Shown here: positions 10,700 through 23,229 of the stretch, piece by piece
Numbering within the stretch: the first letter of the stretch is position 1
How the letters are laid out: every line of letters begins with the position of its first letter
DNA from: Scyliorhinus canicula
Taxonomy: Eukaryota
Direction: 5' to 3'
DNA length: 64,000 bases
Assembly (NCBI RefSeq): GCF_902713615.1
Contig: NC_052161.1
Span: forward strand, 4,195,698 to 4,259,697
The notes under the pieces: model-generated
The model's input: only the letters and a program-made list of their open reading frames with translations
Told to the model about the DNA's origin: nothing
Databases searched by the model: none
Made by a program: the position numbers and the translations under genes

Positions 10700-12030
10700 C
10701 CTCAGTGGCCCTGACATCAGTCGTAATGAAGTGCTTCGGGAGGTTGGTCATGAAGCGTATCCACTCCGTACTCCCAGAATGCCTTAATCCGCAATTCGCA
10801 TACCGCTGTAACCAGTCCACAGCAGACGCCATCTCCATGGCCCTACACTCATCCCTGGAGCATCTCGACAACAAGGGCTCCTACATCAGACTCCTATTTA
10901 TTGACTTCAGCTCCGCCTTCAACACCATAATCCCAGCCAAGCTCATATCAAAGCTCCAAAACCTAGGACTTGGCTCCTCCCTCTGCAACGGGATCCTCGA
11001 CTTTCTGACCCACAGACCACAATCGGTAAGAATAAACAACACCTCCTCCACAATAGTCCTCAATACCGGGGCCCCGCAAGGCTGCATACTTAGCCCCCTA
11101 CTCTACTCCCTGTACACACATGACTGTGTGGCAAAATGTGGTTCCAGTTCCATCTACAAGTTTGCTGACGACACAACCATAGTGGACCGGATCTCGAATA
11201 ACGACGAGTCAGAATACAGGATGGAGATAGAGAACGTGGTGGAGCGGTGCAGCGACAACAATCTATCCCTCAATGCCAGCAAAACTAAAGAGCTGGTCAT
11301 TGACTTCAGGAAACAAAATACTGTACACACCCCTGTCAGCATCAACAGGGTGGAGATGGTTAGCAACTTCAAATTCCTAGTAGTGCTCATCACCAAAAAT
11401 CTGTCCTGGTCCACCATGTCGACGCTATCACCAAGAAAGCACAACAGCGCCTATACTTCCTCCGGAATCTAAGGAAATTCGGCATGTCCACATTAACCCT
11501 TACCAACTTTTACAGATGCACTATAAAAATCATCCTATCTGGCTGCATCACAGCCTGGTATGGCAACTGCTCGGCCCAAGACTGCAAGAAACTTCAGAGA
11601 GTCGTGAACACAGCCCAGTCCATCACACGAACCTGCCTCCCATCCATTGACTCCATCTACACCTCCTGCTGCCTGGGGAAAGCGGGCAGCAGAATCAAAG
11701 ACCCCTCCCACCCAGTTTACTCACTCTTCCAACTTCTTCCATCGGGCAGGAGATACAGAAGTCTGAGAACACGCACGAACAGATTCAAAAACAGCTTCTT
11801 CCCCACTGTTACCAGACTCCTAAACGACCTTCTTATGGACTGACCTCATTAACAGTACACCCTATATGCTTCACCCGATGCCAGTGCTTATGTAGTTACA
11901 TTGTATACCTTGTGTTGGCCTATTATGTATTTTCTTTTTCTTTTATTTTCTTTCATGTACTTAATGATCTTGCAAAAAAAATAGTTTCACTGTACCTTAG
12001 TACACGTGACAATAAACAAATCAAATCCAA
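10700..12030 (+). mobile_element. 5'-truncated Rex1/Babar-clade LINE (RT plus C-terminal region)
   Basis: [11 protein letters not shown]...[12 protein letters not shown]...[21 protein letters not shown]...KFADDTT; frameshifted continuation to 11843; tail GTGACAATAAACAAATCAAATC. Confidence 0.9.
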
Positions 12031-12433
12031 CGCCCCCACATACGGGCAATGTCAACCCCCCCCCCCCCCCCAACATATGGACAGTTCCCCCTCCCAAGTG
12101 AGGAACACTGCTATCTGGCCGCTTAGGCTCCCCCTTTTTCAGGTCTTCCCACATCCCCTTTCAGGCATACAGTTTACATCATCTTGTTTCAAGGAGGGAC
12201 ATACTTTCACTTCATGCAGTTCAGAGAAGGTCCACTCAACTGATTCCTGGGATGAAGGGGTTGTCTTATGAGGAAAGGTTGGAGTTTAGAAGAATGAGAG
12301 ATGATCTGATTGAAACACAGAAGATCCTGAGGAGACTTGGCTGTAGATACTGGGAGGATTTTACCTCTTGTGGGGGAATCTAGAACTGGGACACTTCTTA
12401 AAAAAGAGGGTCTCTCATTTAAGATGGAGATGA

Positions 12434-13070
12434 TGTCATGTGAGAGTACCTTTAAGAAATGAGTGTGTAAGAAATGTACCTTGAAGAAATGGGTGTTTAT
12501 CAGTGATGATGTGGAGATGCCGGCGTTGGACTTACTGTTTATCAGTGATGTCATAGAGAGTGGGTGGAGCTGGGCTGTCTGTCAGCTTTTTGACTTTCGT
12601 TTTAGGCTGTTTGCTGCAGGGTGTGTTTTACTTTCGTTTCAGAGCTGGATAGCTGCAGACACAGCTAGAAGGTGTATGAATCTCTCTCTGTAATCTAAAG
12701 TCTATAAATTGATCCTTTGGTGATTTAAAACTAATAACTGCTCTCAGTAGTGACTTTAACCTGATGTGTTTCTGTTTAAAGGTTTTTTAAAAGTTTTATG
12801 GATGTTAAAAGGACAGCTTAAGGATTACTTAGTGTTGTATTCTTTGGGGGTTATATTTGAATTGATGGTTGCTCAGATATTCACTGTATGTTTTAAAAAG
12901 GTTAACTTGAGTTCATAGAATAAACATTGTTTTGCTTTAAAAAATATACTTTTCCATTTCTGTACCTGTAGAGTGGGCCGTGTACTCCCCATATCACAAG
13001 CTATTCAAAGTTATGGGTCAGGTGAACTCCATGATACACTTTGGGGTTCTCTAAACCCTGGCCCATAACA
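12434..13070 (+). mobile_element. solo LTR (Gypsy-type), 637 bp
   Basis: TGTCAT...CCCATAACA termini, 4-bp TSD ATGA, internal AATAAA; homologous to 40343-40924. Confidence 0.88.
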
Positions 13071-13101
13071 ATGAGGAATTTCAAGAGGGTCCTTTCTGTT
13101 T

Positions 13102-13292
13102 GGTTTAGCTCACAGGGGCTGGTTTAGCTCACTAGGGGCTGGTTTAGCTCACTGGGCCAGCAGGCCAGCAGCACGGTTCGATTCCCGTACCAGCCTCCCC
13201 GGACAGGCGCCAGAATGTGGCGACTAGGGACTTTTCACAGTAACTTCATTGGAGCCTACTCGTGACAATAAGCGATTTACATTTCATTTCAT
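13102..13292 (+). mobile_element. short mosaic tRNA-derived SINE with triplicated A-box
   Basis: ggtttagctcac x3, GGTTCGATTCC B-box, tail GGCGCCAGAATGTGGCGACTAGGG...GTGACAATAAG. Confidence 0.75.
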
Positions 13293-13924
13293 GAGCAGTG
13301 GCATCTGAGTCATTAAAAATATTTACGGCTAAGGTAGACATGTTTTTGATTGACAAGGGAGTCAAAGGCTTTGGGGACAGATAGGAAGGTGATGTTCAGG
13401 CACATTAGATGGGCCATGATCTTCTTGACTGGCACAGCAGGCTCGAGGGGCCAAATGGCCAACTCCTCCTCATTTTTCTCTTCTTCGTATGAACCTGTAC
13501 AGCCATTCAGTTAGACCATGAGTGCTGTATATGTTAACCCCACTTACCCACCTTGGTTCCATAATCTTGAACATCTTTACCCAACAAAAATCCGTTATTG
13601 TCAATTTTGAAATCTGCAAGTGACAGCCAACCTCCACAGCCTTTTTGGGGGAAGCACGTTCCAGATTCCCGGTTCCAGATTTGTTTGAAGCACTTCCAGA
13701 CACCCCGAAAGAGCTGAGCTCTAATTTTAAGGTTATGTTGCTTTTTACTCACGCGGGGAAAGTTTCTCTCTATCTACCTGTAAACACTTCTAATCATCAT
13801 GAATACTATTAAAGGATTGAACCGCATCAATTCTGAAGTGCATTTTAATTAACTTTCCTCAATCTTCCCTTGGGCTGGGGTTTGGAGGAGCTGCACTAAT
13901 GTCGATCAACTTTACCCGTATTCA

Positions 13925-14038
13925 TCTAAGGAGCAGTGCTCCAAAAGCTAGTGGTTCGAAACAACCCTGTTGCACTTTAACCTGGTGTAAGACTTCTTAC
14001 TGTGCCCACCCCAGTCCAACGCCGGCATCTCCACATCA
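13925..14038 (+). mobile_element. Penelope-like element terminal fragment
   Basis: ...GACTTCTTACTGTGCCCACCCCAGTCCAACGCCGGCATCTCCACATCAT; same family as 60535-60753. Confidence 0.7.
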
Positions 14039-14326
14039 TTGCCTGGGGAAGGGAATGATCTGGTATGGGTTGGAGTCATGTCAGGAAAGGGAATGAATTG
14101 TGTTTCCTTTGAATGCAAACTTCCCCAGAATTTAAATTTTTTCCAGGTGAACACAGAAAAAAGTGTTTTTAGCAAGATGTGAAGACAAAATCCATATTTA
14201 TTTGCGACTCAGTGTACCTGTGTGTGTATGTTTAATAAAGTCAGACGACATCGAGTGACTCATGGGTCTCCAGGCCTACCTGTCAGATGTGGCTCGGTGC
14301 AGTTCTCTAATGCTTGGACACGGCTG

Positions 14327-15075
14327 TGATAGAACATAGAAAAATACAGCACAGAACAGGCCCTTCGGCCCACAATGCTGTGCCGAACTTTTGTCCCAGA
14401 TTAAGAACAAATTAATCTATACCCCATCATTCTACCGTAATCCATGTACCTATCCAATATCCGCTTGAAGATCCCTAATGTTTCCACACTAGGAAACATT
14501 ACTTCCACAGGCAGTGCATTCCATATCCCCACTACTCTGGGTAAAGAACCGATCTCTGACATCCCCCCCCCTATATCTTCCATCATTCACTTTAAATTTA
14601 TGTCCCCTTGTAATGGTTTGTTCCACCCGGGGAAAAAGTCTCTGACTGTCTACTCTATCTATTCCCCTGATCATCTTATAAACCTCTATCAAGTCACCCC
14701 TCATCCTTCGCCGTTCTAATGAGAAAAGTCCTAGCACACACAACCTTTCCTCGTAAGACCTACTCTCCATTCCAGGCAACATCCTGGTAAATCTCCTTTG
14801 CACCTTTTCCAAAGCTTCCACATCCTTCCTAAAATGAGGCGACCAGAACTGCACACAGTACTCCAAATGTGGCCTTACCAAGGTTTTGTACAGCTGCATC
14901 ATCACCTCATGGCTTAAATTCAATCCCTCTGCTAATGAACGCTAGCACACAATCGGCCTTCTTCACAGCTCTATCCACTTGAGTGGCAACTTTCAAAAAT
15001 CTATGAACATAGACCCCAAGATCTCTCTGCTCCTCGACATTGGCACGAACCTTACCGTTAACCCTGTATTCCTGT
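14327..15075 (-). mobile_element. CR1-clade LINE 3' part
   Basis: LYKTLVRPHLEYCVQFWSPHFRKD ORF; tail ...GGGCCTGTTCTGTGCTGTATTTTTCTATGTTCT. Confidence 0.9.
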
Positions 15076-15249
15076 TTTGCAGCGGAATGGCCAAATTCCA
15101 GCACTGCCTGGTGATCACCTATTCCCTGCCTGCCTGTGGAGTCCGATTTTGCGGTGTGAGCACCTCTCCATACGTGCTGTCAACGACACTCTCCACCTCG
15201 CCGATGCTCCAGTGTCCCCAGCCACCACTCCAGCTCCGAACCTCGGGCT

Positions 15250-15410
15250 TCCATAATAATAATCTTTATTAGTGTCACAAGGCTTACATTAGCACTGCAA
15301 TGAAGTTACTATGAAAATCCCCATGTCGCCACATTCCGGTGCCTGATCGGGTACAGAGGGAGAATTCAGAATGTCTAATTCACCTAACAAGCACATCCCA
15401 CGGTACTCTT

Positions 15411-15441
<31 letters not shown>

Positions 15442-15552
15442 ACGCAGACACAGGGAGAACATGCAGACTCCGCACAGTCAGTGACCCAAGCCGGGAATCA
15501 CACCCGGGTCCCTGGCGCTGTAAAGCAACAGTGCTAACCACTGTGCTATCCG
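15250..15552 (-). mobile_element. HE1-type SINE with GTGACACTAATAAAGATT-type tail
   Basis: HE1 head and core, then GTACCCGATCAGGCACCGGAATGTGGCGAC...AATAAAGATTATT. Confidence 0.88.
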
Positions 15553-16416
15553 GAGCTGTACCTGGAGACACTTCCTGCACACGATGTTTAAGGGAATAAA
15601 TGTTTGTCAGGTTACTGGAAAACCTCCCCTGCTTTACTATGAAATAGTGTCAGGCAACTTTTACATCTAGCTCAGAGCAGGAGGGATTATGGTTTAATTT
15701 CTCATTTGAAAGGTGCAACCCCCTGGCAGTACGGTACTGCATTGGAGTGTCAGCCAGGTTGAAGTATTCAATTGGGACTTGAATCAAGGATGGTGTCAGT
15801 GAAAGCTCACTCCGTATACCAAGAACAAAGGGGTAAATCTTTGGAGGATGTACGGGGCAAAAGGTGTTAACTTTGGCCCAACATTTCTGTGCCAGCTTTT
15901 TTTTAAAAATCTAATTAGTCCCATTCCACCGTTCTTTCTTGATCCGTCTCCATCAATTATACCATAGCTTCAAAAATATGAAATCACATGGAGAAAATCT
16001 CATTACACTGGCTCAGGACATGTACCAGCATTATCACTATCGCTGGAACAAAATCCTGGTATTCCCTCCCTAACAGCACTATGGGTGTACCCACGCTGCA
16101 TGGACTGCAGCAGTTCAAGGTAGCAGCTCACCACCTTCTGAAGGGCAGAGATGGGCAATAAATGCTGGCTGAGTCAACGATGCCCACATCCCGTAAAAAA
16201 AAATTAAAAGCCAGGAACCACAGCATTGTAACAGACAGTAACCATTCTGTTTCCAGCCAGATTACTCCCATTTCAACCAGAGGATTCTTATTCTAGCGTG
16301 CATGTACAGCCCATGGACAAGGTGTGGTCATAAAAGCAGTACCAGACAGTTCTGGCTGTAATAGAGTACTCTGGTTTTGCTCAGGAATGTTTGCAATGAA
16401 ATGACCAGTGGCTAAT

Positions 16417-16612
16417 ACCTATTTTTTTTTAAATTAAGGGGCAATTTAGTGTGGCCAATTCACCTACCCTGCACATCTTTGGATTGTGGGGGCGAGACCC
16501 CCACGCAGACACGGGGAGAATGTGCAAACTCCACATGGACAGTGACCCAGGGCTGGGATAAAATCTGGGTCCTCAGTGCCGTGAGGCAGCACTGCTAACC
16601 ACTGCGTCACCC
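16417..16612 (-). mobile_element. HE1-type SINE, short subfamily
   Basis: perfect 12-bp TSD ccagtggctaat (16405-16416 / 16613-16624). Confidence 0.9.
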
Positions 16613-16631
16613 CCAGTGGCTAATCCAACTA

Positions 16632-16855
16632 TAAAGCCGGTTTAGCTCTGTTGATTGGACGGCTGGTTCGTGATGCAGAGCGAGGCCAGCAGCGTGGGTT
16701 CAATTCCCTTACTGGCTGAGGTTATTCATGAACTTGCCCCTCGCCTGAGGTGTGGTGACCCTCAGATTAAATCACCACCAGTCAGCTCCCCCCCCCCACC
16801 CCACAAAGGGAAAGCAGCCTATGGTCATTTGGAACTATGGTGACTTTACTTTACT
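16632..16855 (+). mobile_element. second tRNA-head SINE family (GAGGTTATTCATGAA...GGGAAAGCAGCCTATGGTCAT...ACTTTAC)
   Basis: A/B boxes; other copies at 18728-18955 (-), 43485-43690 (-), 62270-62580 (+). Confidence 0.8.
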
Positions 16856-17236
16856 ACAGCAATTTCAGTTCACACAGTAGGCAATAACCACGGTGTTGGG
16901 AGAGAAGATAGAGCTACCTACCAGTGACGTCAAACCACAATCACTGCGAGGGAATGGAGGTGTACTCGAACAATATCCCAAAAGCAGGAATTAACCTGGG
17001 AGTTTTAGTTGCTCAGGTTTTCATTGTCACTTAGTTGATGCCTCTGAAAATGTTCCCTCAGGGTCCCTCCACTCACCCGAGTTTATCCATATTAACAATA
17101 AATCAGCATAGCTGTTCAATTCACATCAGGATATGGTTTAAAAAACAGCCAGGTGTATATTTAGTTATTAGTGTGCAGACGCTGGAACAGTCAACACTGA
17201 GCAAACAAGCCCTTCTATCCTCCACCCAAATATTTT

Positions 17237-17287
17237 AAAACAAAAGACACACAAAAAGATGATCTTTTAAAAAGATTTATATGTACA
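17237..17287 (-). terminator. candidate distal OGA poly(A) site (UGUA + UAUAAA + GU/U-rich downstream element)
   Basis: minus strand TGTACATATAAATCTTTTAAAAAGATCATCTTTTTGTGTGTCTTTTGTTTT. Confidence 0.35.
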
Positions 17288-18727
17288 CAGTTCTTTCCTT
17301 GTCTGGGCACGCTCTCCACTGATGAGTGCCAGAAGTTTTAGCAAGGGGACATCAGTTAACAGATATCAAAAGCTACCAGCATTTCTATGCTTTTTCAAAG
17401 TGGGCTGCAGAAGGTAGAGGAGAGCATGGATAAATTCCCATGTTACAGAAATAAATGAAATGTTGACACCTGCAGAGTTTAGTGTTACAATATTATGCTA
17501 ATGATCAGTGAATATGCTTTTATAATTTATAACAGGCAACGTGGAGTCCCAATGGCAGTTTAAAACTGAAGCCACCAGTATACTCATTCCATTGTACAGT
17601 ATACAGCTCAATATTTGCACCAGCCACACCACATGTTTGGGAAGCTAGAATTTGTAACTGCAGCTTTGGGTGTAAAAAAAATCCGAGTTTCCTCATTGTA
17701 CCTGGTGACAAAAACAGAATAAGGTTTTTTTTGGGGGGCTGGGGGGGGGAAGAAAAGAGAACCACTGAAACCTGCCTCAGTGTCACGACCCTCAGACAAG
17801 TGCAGCAGATGCATGGGAACACCATCACCTGCAGATTCCTCCCCTCCTCTCCCCTCCCCCCCCCCCCCCCCCCCGTAATTCACTATCCTGACTTGGAATA
17901 TTGTCACTGGGTCAAAATTCTGGAGCTTACAGCATCTGCAAGTACCGACATTGTACAAACAGTGGTTCAGTGAAGTGACTCACCTCCACTTTCTCAAAGG
18001 TAATTAAGTGAGGGAGATGTTAAACAAAGTGCTGTTTCCATTTGAGCTGATGGGGCAAATAAAAGAAGTGCCAGAATACACAGCAGGTTGAGAGAGAATC
18101 TAGCAGGCAGGCAACTTTATCCAATCTGCTAGATATTTAATTCCATTTCAGGTTTTCAGCAGAGTGTTCTCTTTCCTTCCCCGCTCAATAGTGGTTCATT
18201 ATTTTCCATGTGACTGTTCAGAGCTTTGCGCACACTTTCAGTTTCTGGAACCATAGACCCACAGGCTTCCTGGTCCTTCAGCACAGCCCACATATCCCCA
18301 CCCCCCAGAACCATTCCCACCAATTGGTTTCTAGTATTTGTGCAGAAAACAGTAGACAACGAAAGAAAGCATACAAGCAGCAGTAAGTCTGCAGTGAGGA
18401 AACAGCAGAACACAGAAATATGCTGCAGTATATTTGGGAGGTAGGATGGGGCAGGAAAGAAATTAGGTAAATGGAGAGATGAAAAAAAAGGTACAACTCT
18501 GGTTTTATAAAACATGGATTTTCAAACCAGATTGGACCTTGAGGAATCTGTAAAATCAGATTTCTATCTATTCTAGCTCTGTGAATGTGACCAGAGCAAT
18601 ATCTGGATAATTTTGTTTTCCATCTTCTTCCTGTATTCAAATAGCAACATTATTTTGGTCCAAATTTGTGCACATTACCCAATTGAGGCATTCTTTATAC
18701 CTTATTGTAGGAGAACTGGGATGATAG

Positions 18728-18955
18728 TAAGTAAGCAAAGTTGCCCTCGTCCAGATGACCATAGGCTGCTTTCCCCTTTGAGGGGGAGAGCTGACTGATG
18801 GCGATTTCACCCGAGCGTCACCACACCTCAGGCGAGGGGTAAGGTTGAGACGGTGGGATCTTCATGAATAACCTCAGCTGGTACAGGAATTGAACCCACG
18901 CTGCTGGCCTTGCTTTGCAAACCAGCTGTCCAGCCACCTGAGCTAAACCGACCCC
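18728..18955 (-). mobile_element. second tRNA-head SINE family copy
   Basis: homologous to 16632-16855. Confidence 0.8.
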
Positions 18956-19254
18956 CGTGACTTTCAAAGAAGTGGTTGGGGGAAGTAGAGGGAGATCTGA
19001 AAACTTCGACTGTTCTCTAGTATTTTGTTCAGTTTGATAAAGCCAGGTATGGTAGGAGAGTATATGGACAAACGTGATTTGCATAGTATATGCAGATGCA
19101 GGCTAGCTAATGTTTGGAAAAATATTCAGGCAAGAATGGATGGAATTGAATGCGAGTTGCAGCTAATTCTCACTTGATCCAAGATTCAGAACAGAGTGCG
19201 AGAGCGCTGAAATTAAAAACTGTTATCAGAGAGACAGGTTGTAACCACAGACAC

Positions 19255-19375
19255 TGTCTGCAGGAATAAAAATAATAAATGCTGGAAAAACCGAGCTGGT
19301 TTGGCAGCATCTGTGGAGAAAGAGAGTTAATGTTTTGAGTCCAATATGACTTCAGAACTAGAGAGAGGTAGAGGA
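19255..19375 (-). mobile_element. Penelope-like terminal fragment (CAGATGCTGCC..ACC..CTGAG family)
   Basis: related copies at ~35855-35932, ~43705-43830 and ~57030-57250. Confidence 0.55.
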
Positions 19376-21039
19376 GGAGAGGTTGCAGCAATGCTGGTAT
19401 TAGTATAGTGAAGGTAGAGAAGCAAATTTGTTTACTTCCAGCTACCGGAAACATTACAGATTATAAAATGAGGTGTCTCAGCTGCTATTTCTTGTGCCCA
19501 TGTTCCTGCCTCCACCCCTGGTTCGCACAAAGCTAGCCCCAAGACCTAAAGAGTGAAATCTTAATCACGAATGACAGATGAACACTTTTGAGTCGTGGAA
19601 TAAAAACAAGAATGTTGCAGATATCAGGGGATGTCATCTCTCTTTAGCTTCCCTCACAGGGGTATAGTCAATGCTTTTGCCTATTGCCAATGTAATGAAC
19701 AGTATGAACTTCATATCTAAAACATGCCATTATTTATGCCCATTAATTACTGCCTCAAGCATAGAATCAAAAGTTTAACAATGTAAGACATACTCTATTT
19801 AGTGTAATATATTAGAGAATATTTCATAGAACAAGAAGCATAGGACTGGAAAGTGAAAATGGAAGCAGACTATGATATATAGTTTTGTCACAGACAGTTG
19901 AGGATATATTTCTGGAAAAGGTTCTGGTTAATGCAGGGTAGGGTTGCTTGACAAGGTGTAAGAGCAGATCATGACGTGACCTTAATGTGCACATTGGTCT
20001 TGGAACCAAATGGGAGGTCAGACAGCTTTGATCTGGGATAATACTCCCAGCCCAAAGTGTCACAAAATGGGACGATGAAGTCACATATAGGACTGGGTTA
20101 ACAATTATCTTGGGCTATTTTACTGTATTAAAGTGGTGATTATAGACCTATAATAATAATAATGTTGTTTGTTGCTGGTGAAAGCCGGTGCGGGACCACT
20201 TCCAAGTTAGACTTCAGGCGGTCATTATACAAACAACTCTCCCACTTCAATAAATGGTTTGGATACATAGCTCAATCGGGTTCTGAAGGGCATGCACCCA
20301 AAATCTTAGCCGGCCTTTCTCCTTTACAGATGTTGACTAACCGGCCGTGTATTCCCAGCACTTACTTCAGATTTACAACATTTAGTTTGTTCCTTTATCC
20401 AGAAACAATTCTATAAAACGCTAAGTTAGATTATAAGAAATACTACATACACGGTGCCCTTTTTAAAATGTGGTATCAATTTAAAGTCCCAAATACCATT
20501 ACTTTTCACAGGAAATTATTAAAATTGCAGAAAGCAGATTCCAAGGCACCAGTTGTTCCAAAACCTCAGCCAATCAAACTGAACACGGCTCATTTAATCA
20601 CTTCAAGCCAAGAAGTGCAAACGTTGCTCTGTGATGGTCAGTTATAAACAGAGCTACGTTACGACGTGGTAGTTTAGATGGCTTCACAGCAAATAAAACA
20701 CCATCAACTTGGGACTAGCGTCAGAAGTGAGAGAAACTAGTCAGCACCGTGCCAAATTCCTGTCTAATAGAGAATTTCTGATGTGAGGTGGGGAAAAGCT
20801 GAAGGATAGAAAAGAGTAAAAACAGAAACGGGAGAAGATAATGCTTTGTTACTGCATCAGTGGAGCTCCACCCATCTTACAAAGTGCCATCTAGATCAAG
20901 TTCACCTTATTATGTATTTCAAATAAAAAAAGATAAAATATAAAACATTATTAAACACAGGTTATTCAGCTTAAGGCTAAATTTAGATACATTTAATTAT
21001 ACACATCCTTTAATTACACTACGTAGCACAGGGCGCCAG

Positions 21040-21176
21040 TTACAAGTTCCTTCCCAGAACCAACATCTCCTTTGGAAATCCCTCCATTTTAGCCAACTCC
21101 AAGAAGCCCAGCTTTCTGTAGAATTCCAGACCTCGTTGATCATTGGGTTTTACTTCACAGAATGCTCCTCGGGATC
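21040..21176 (-). CDS. OGA: O-GlcNAcase terminal coding exon (exon 16)
   Basis: polypyrimidine-AG acceptor; (G)[47 protein letters not shown]; 137 nt. Confidence 0.96.
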
Positions 21177-22749
21177 CTGAAAAAAAAGATGGAAATAAGT
21201 AGGAGTTTGATTCATCAACACCCACTGCAAACAATCAGCAGCGGAACAGGCTCTCTTAATATACCCAGGATACATCACAGGCCACCTAGCTCCATTTGTT
21301 GTCCTTGGGAGACTCAGTCAGGGACTTGGCTGTCTAACTTACCTCTTTGTAAAAGCTTTTGATCGCTTATCTTAGTTATCTCATTTACTTCGTGCCAAGT
21401 TTAGTTTGATAATCGCTCCTGTAAAGCACCCTGGGAAGTTTAGGGTGCTACAAAAATACAAATTGTTGCTGTTCCATTAAGCTGTAAGTCAGTGACTTTC
21501 TATTGCTACCCAGTAACAAGAAAGCGTCAATGTTCCTGCTTCCCTGTACTACCCTGACACATCCCAGAATCTCGGATGAAATCTAGAATTTGCAAGACAC
21601 CATGCTACATACTGGAGGAGCACATTCCAGCATTGCTGAATCATGGGCCATGAGCCAAACACTAGTGAAGACAGCAATTTAGGATTAGGTTTAGTGTTGC
21701 AAGATAGAACCAAGAGTGTTTTTGAAAGTGACCCTCGATCTTGGTTAGGCTCACTGATCTTTAAATACTCAACAATAGTTTCCAGCTTATGAATTATGTT
21801 TATGTAAACACTGCATAATTAAAACAGAACTTTTCAATTACAGAGATGTCAAGCAATTAGTGTCTAAACGCTAATTCCAGCAGTTGGGATCAAATAGAAC
21901 AAATGGGTCCCAAAAACAGGAAACAAAGCTACTGCAGAGCCGCGGTAACCAAATAAAAATGCACCAAATCCGAAGTGCGGTATTTGTAGATCTCAGGGCA
22001 TTATTCCTCATTGCAAGTGTTCCAGAGAAGTGAACATGCAGTTCAGGAAAGCAGCTCGTCATCACCTTCTCGAGGGCAATTAGGGATGGGCAATGCTGGC
22101 CCAGTGAGTAACACATATTCTATGAAAGATTTTGTTTTTCAAAGCAGCGGATATAGAATGCAGAGTTCTGCTATCTTGAATTTCTTCATACTTTACATGT
22201 TTGCTCTCTTGACGACCTGTAGCTACAGCAAGTTATTCGGCACAAAAATACATCACACCAACATTTCCAAATGTATGATGTGATTCATTGTCCCCGGTAC
22301 TAACGTCCCATGACAAATCCGAGGTGACAATCGGTTTTGGAGAAAATCATTATTTGCCATATGCACGGGCTGTCATTAAAACAGGGCAAAACTGTATTTT
22401 CAGAACAACACCAGTAGTACTTGTAAATATTTTCCCAGCACTTGCCTCGAGGATCTTTGAAAAGAGCTTTTCTCTTTATTTCTCTTTATTCAATTTATTG
22501 GGAGATCTGCCAACGGATCAGATGCTGCACAATCTTTGATCTGACCCAACACCTGTGTTCTATTCTCAGCTCTCTAATGGACAGTCACTGTACATTGTGT
22601 ACTTCACATGTAGGTTGGCTAAGGATGATCGCCCAGCGAACCAGCATTCATCTTAACCAAGGATCCCATAGCAGAAGAAAGACACATTCCGAAATCACAG
22701 TGGAAAGTGGAATCTTTTAAAAAGGGGCACTCTTTAGTGATTTCATGTT

Positions 22750-23055
22750 TGAACATAGTGCAGAAGGAGGCCATTCGGCTCATCGAGTCTGCACCGACCC
22801 ACTTAAGTCCTCACTTCCACCCTATCCCCATAACCCAATAACCCCTCCGAACCTTTTTGGTCACCACGGGCAATTTATCATGGCCAATCCGCCTAACCTG
22901 CACATCTTTGGACTGTGGGAGTAAACCGGAGCACCCGGAGGAAACTCACGCAGATACAGGGAGACTGTGCAGACTCCGCACAGACAGTGACCCAGCGGGG
23001 AATCAAACCTGGGACCCTGGCGCCGTGAAGCCACAGTGCTATCCACGTGCTGCCC
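22750..23055 (-). mobile_element. full-length HE1 SINE with CR1-derived tail
   Basis: GGGCAGCACG head; tail GCAGACTCGATGAGCCGAATGGCCTCCTTCTGCACT. Confidence 0.92.
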
Positions 23056-23229
23056 ACGATAGTAATCTGGATAGTAATCAATTCATTTGTATTGTTTCCA
23101 AGAATGAGAAAGCAACATATTTTGGCAGGTAATCGTTTGATGTATTCCACTTAATCCAGTGTATCACTTCTGTCCAATGCTGGTAATCAGCATGATTTAT
23201 CTTCAAAGGAGGCAAACAGTTACACTTAC

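Larger units (their letters stand above)
12130..13470 (+). mobile_element. fragmented CR1 3' region hosting a solo LTR and a SINE
   Basis: CR1 sequence ...AAGATGGAGATGA resumes as ATGAGGAATTT after the LTR; CR1 tail ends about 13470; the leftmost ~120 bp look inverted. Confidence 0.65.

Noticed and set aside
13925-13965. Hammerhead in the second Penelope-like copy
   Set aside because: The CUGANGA core is deleted and GAAA has become AAAA. The 35862-35895 copy also has a broken stem-III palindrome (AACTTT).
9922-17236. An additional host gene (e.g. DPCD, NPM3) between POLL and OGA
   Set aside because: The interval is explained by Rex1, CR1, LTR and SINE sequence; no spliceable non-TE coding exons were recognised.
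17595-17602. miR-144/101-type seed match (ATACTGTA on -) in the putative OGA 3'UTR
   Set aside because: A single 8-mer without conservation data is expected by chance in several kb.
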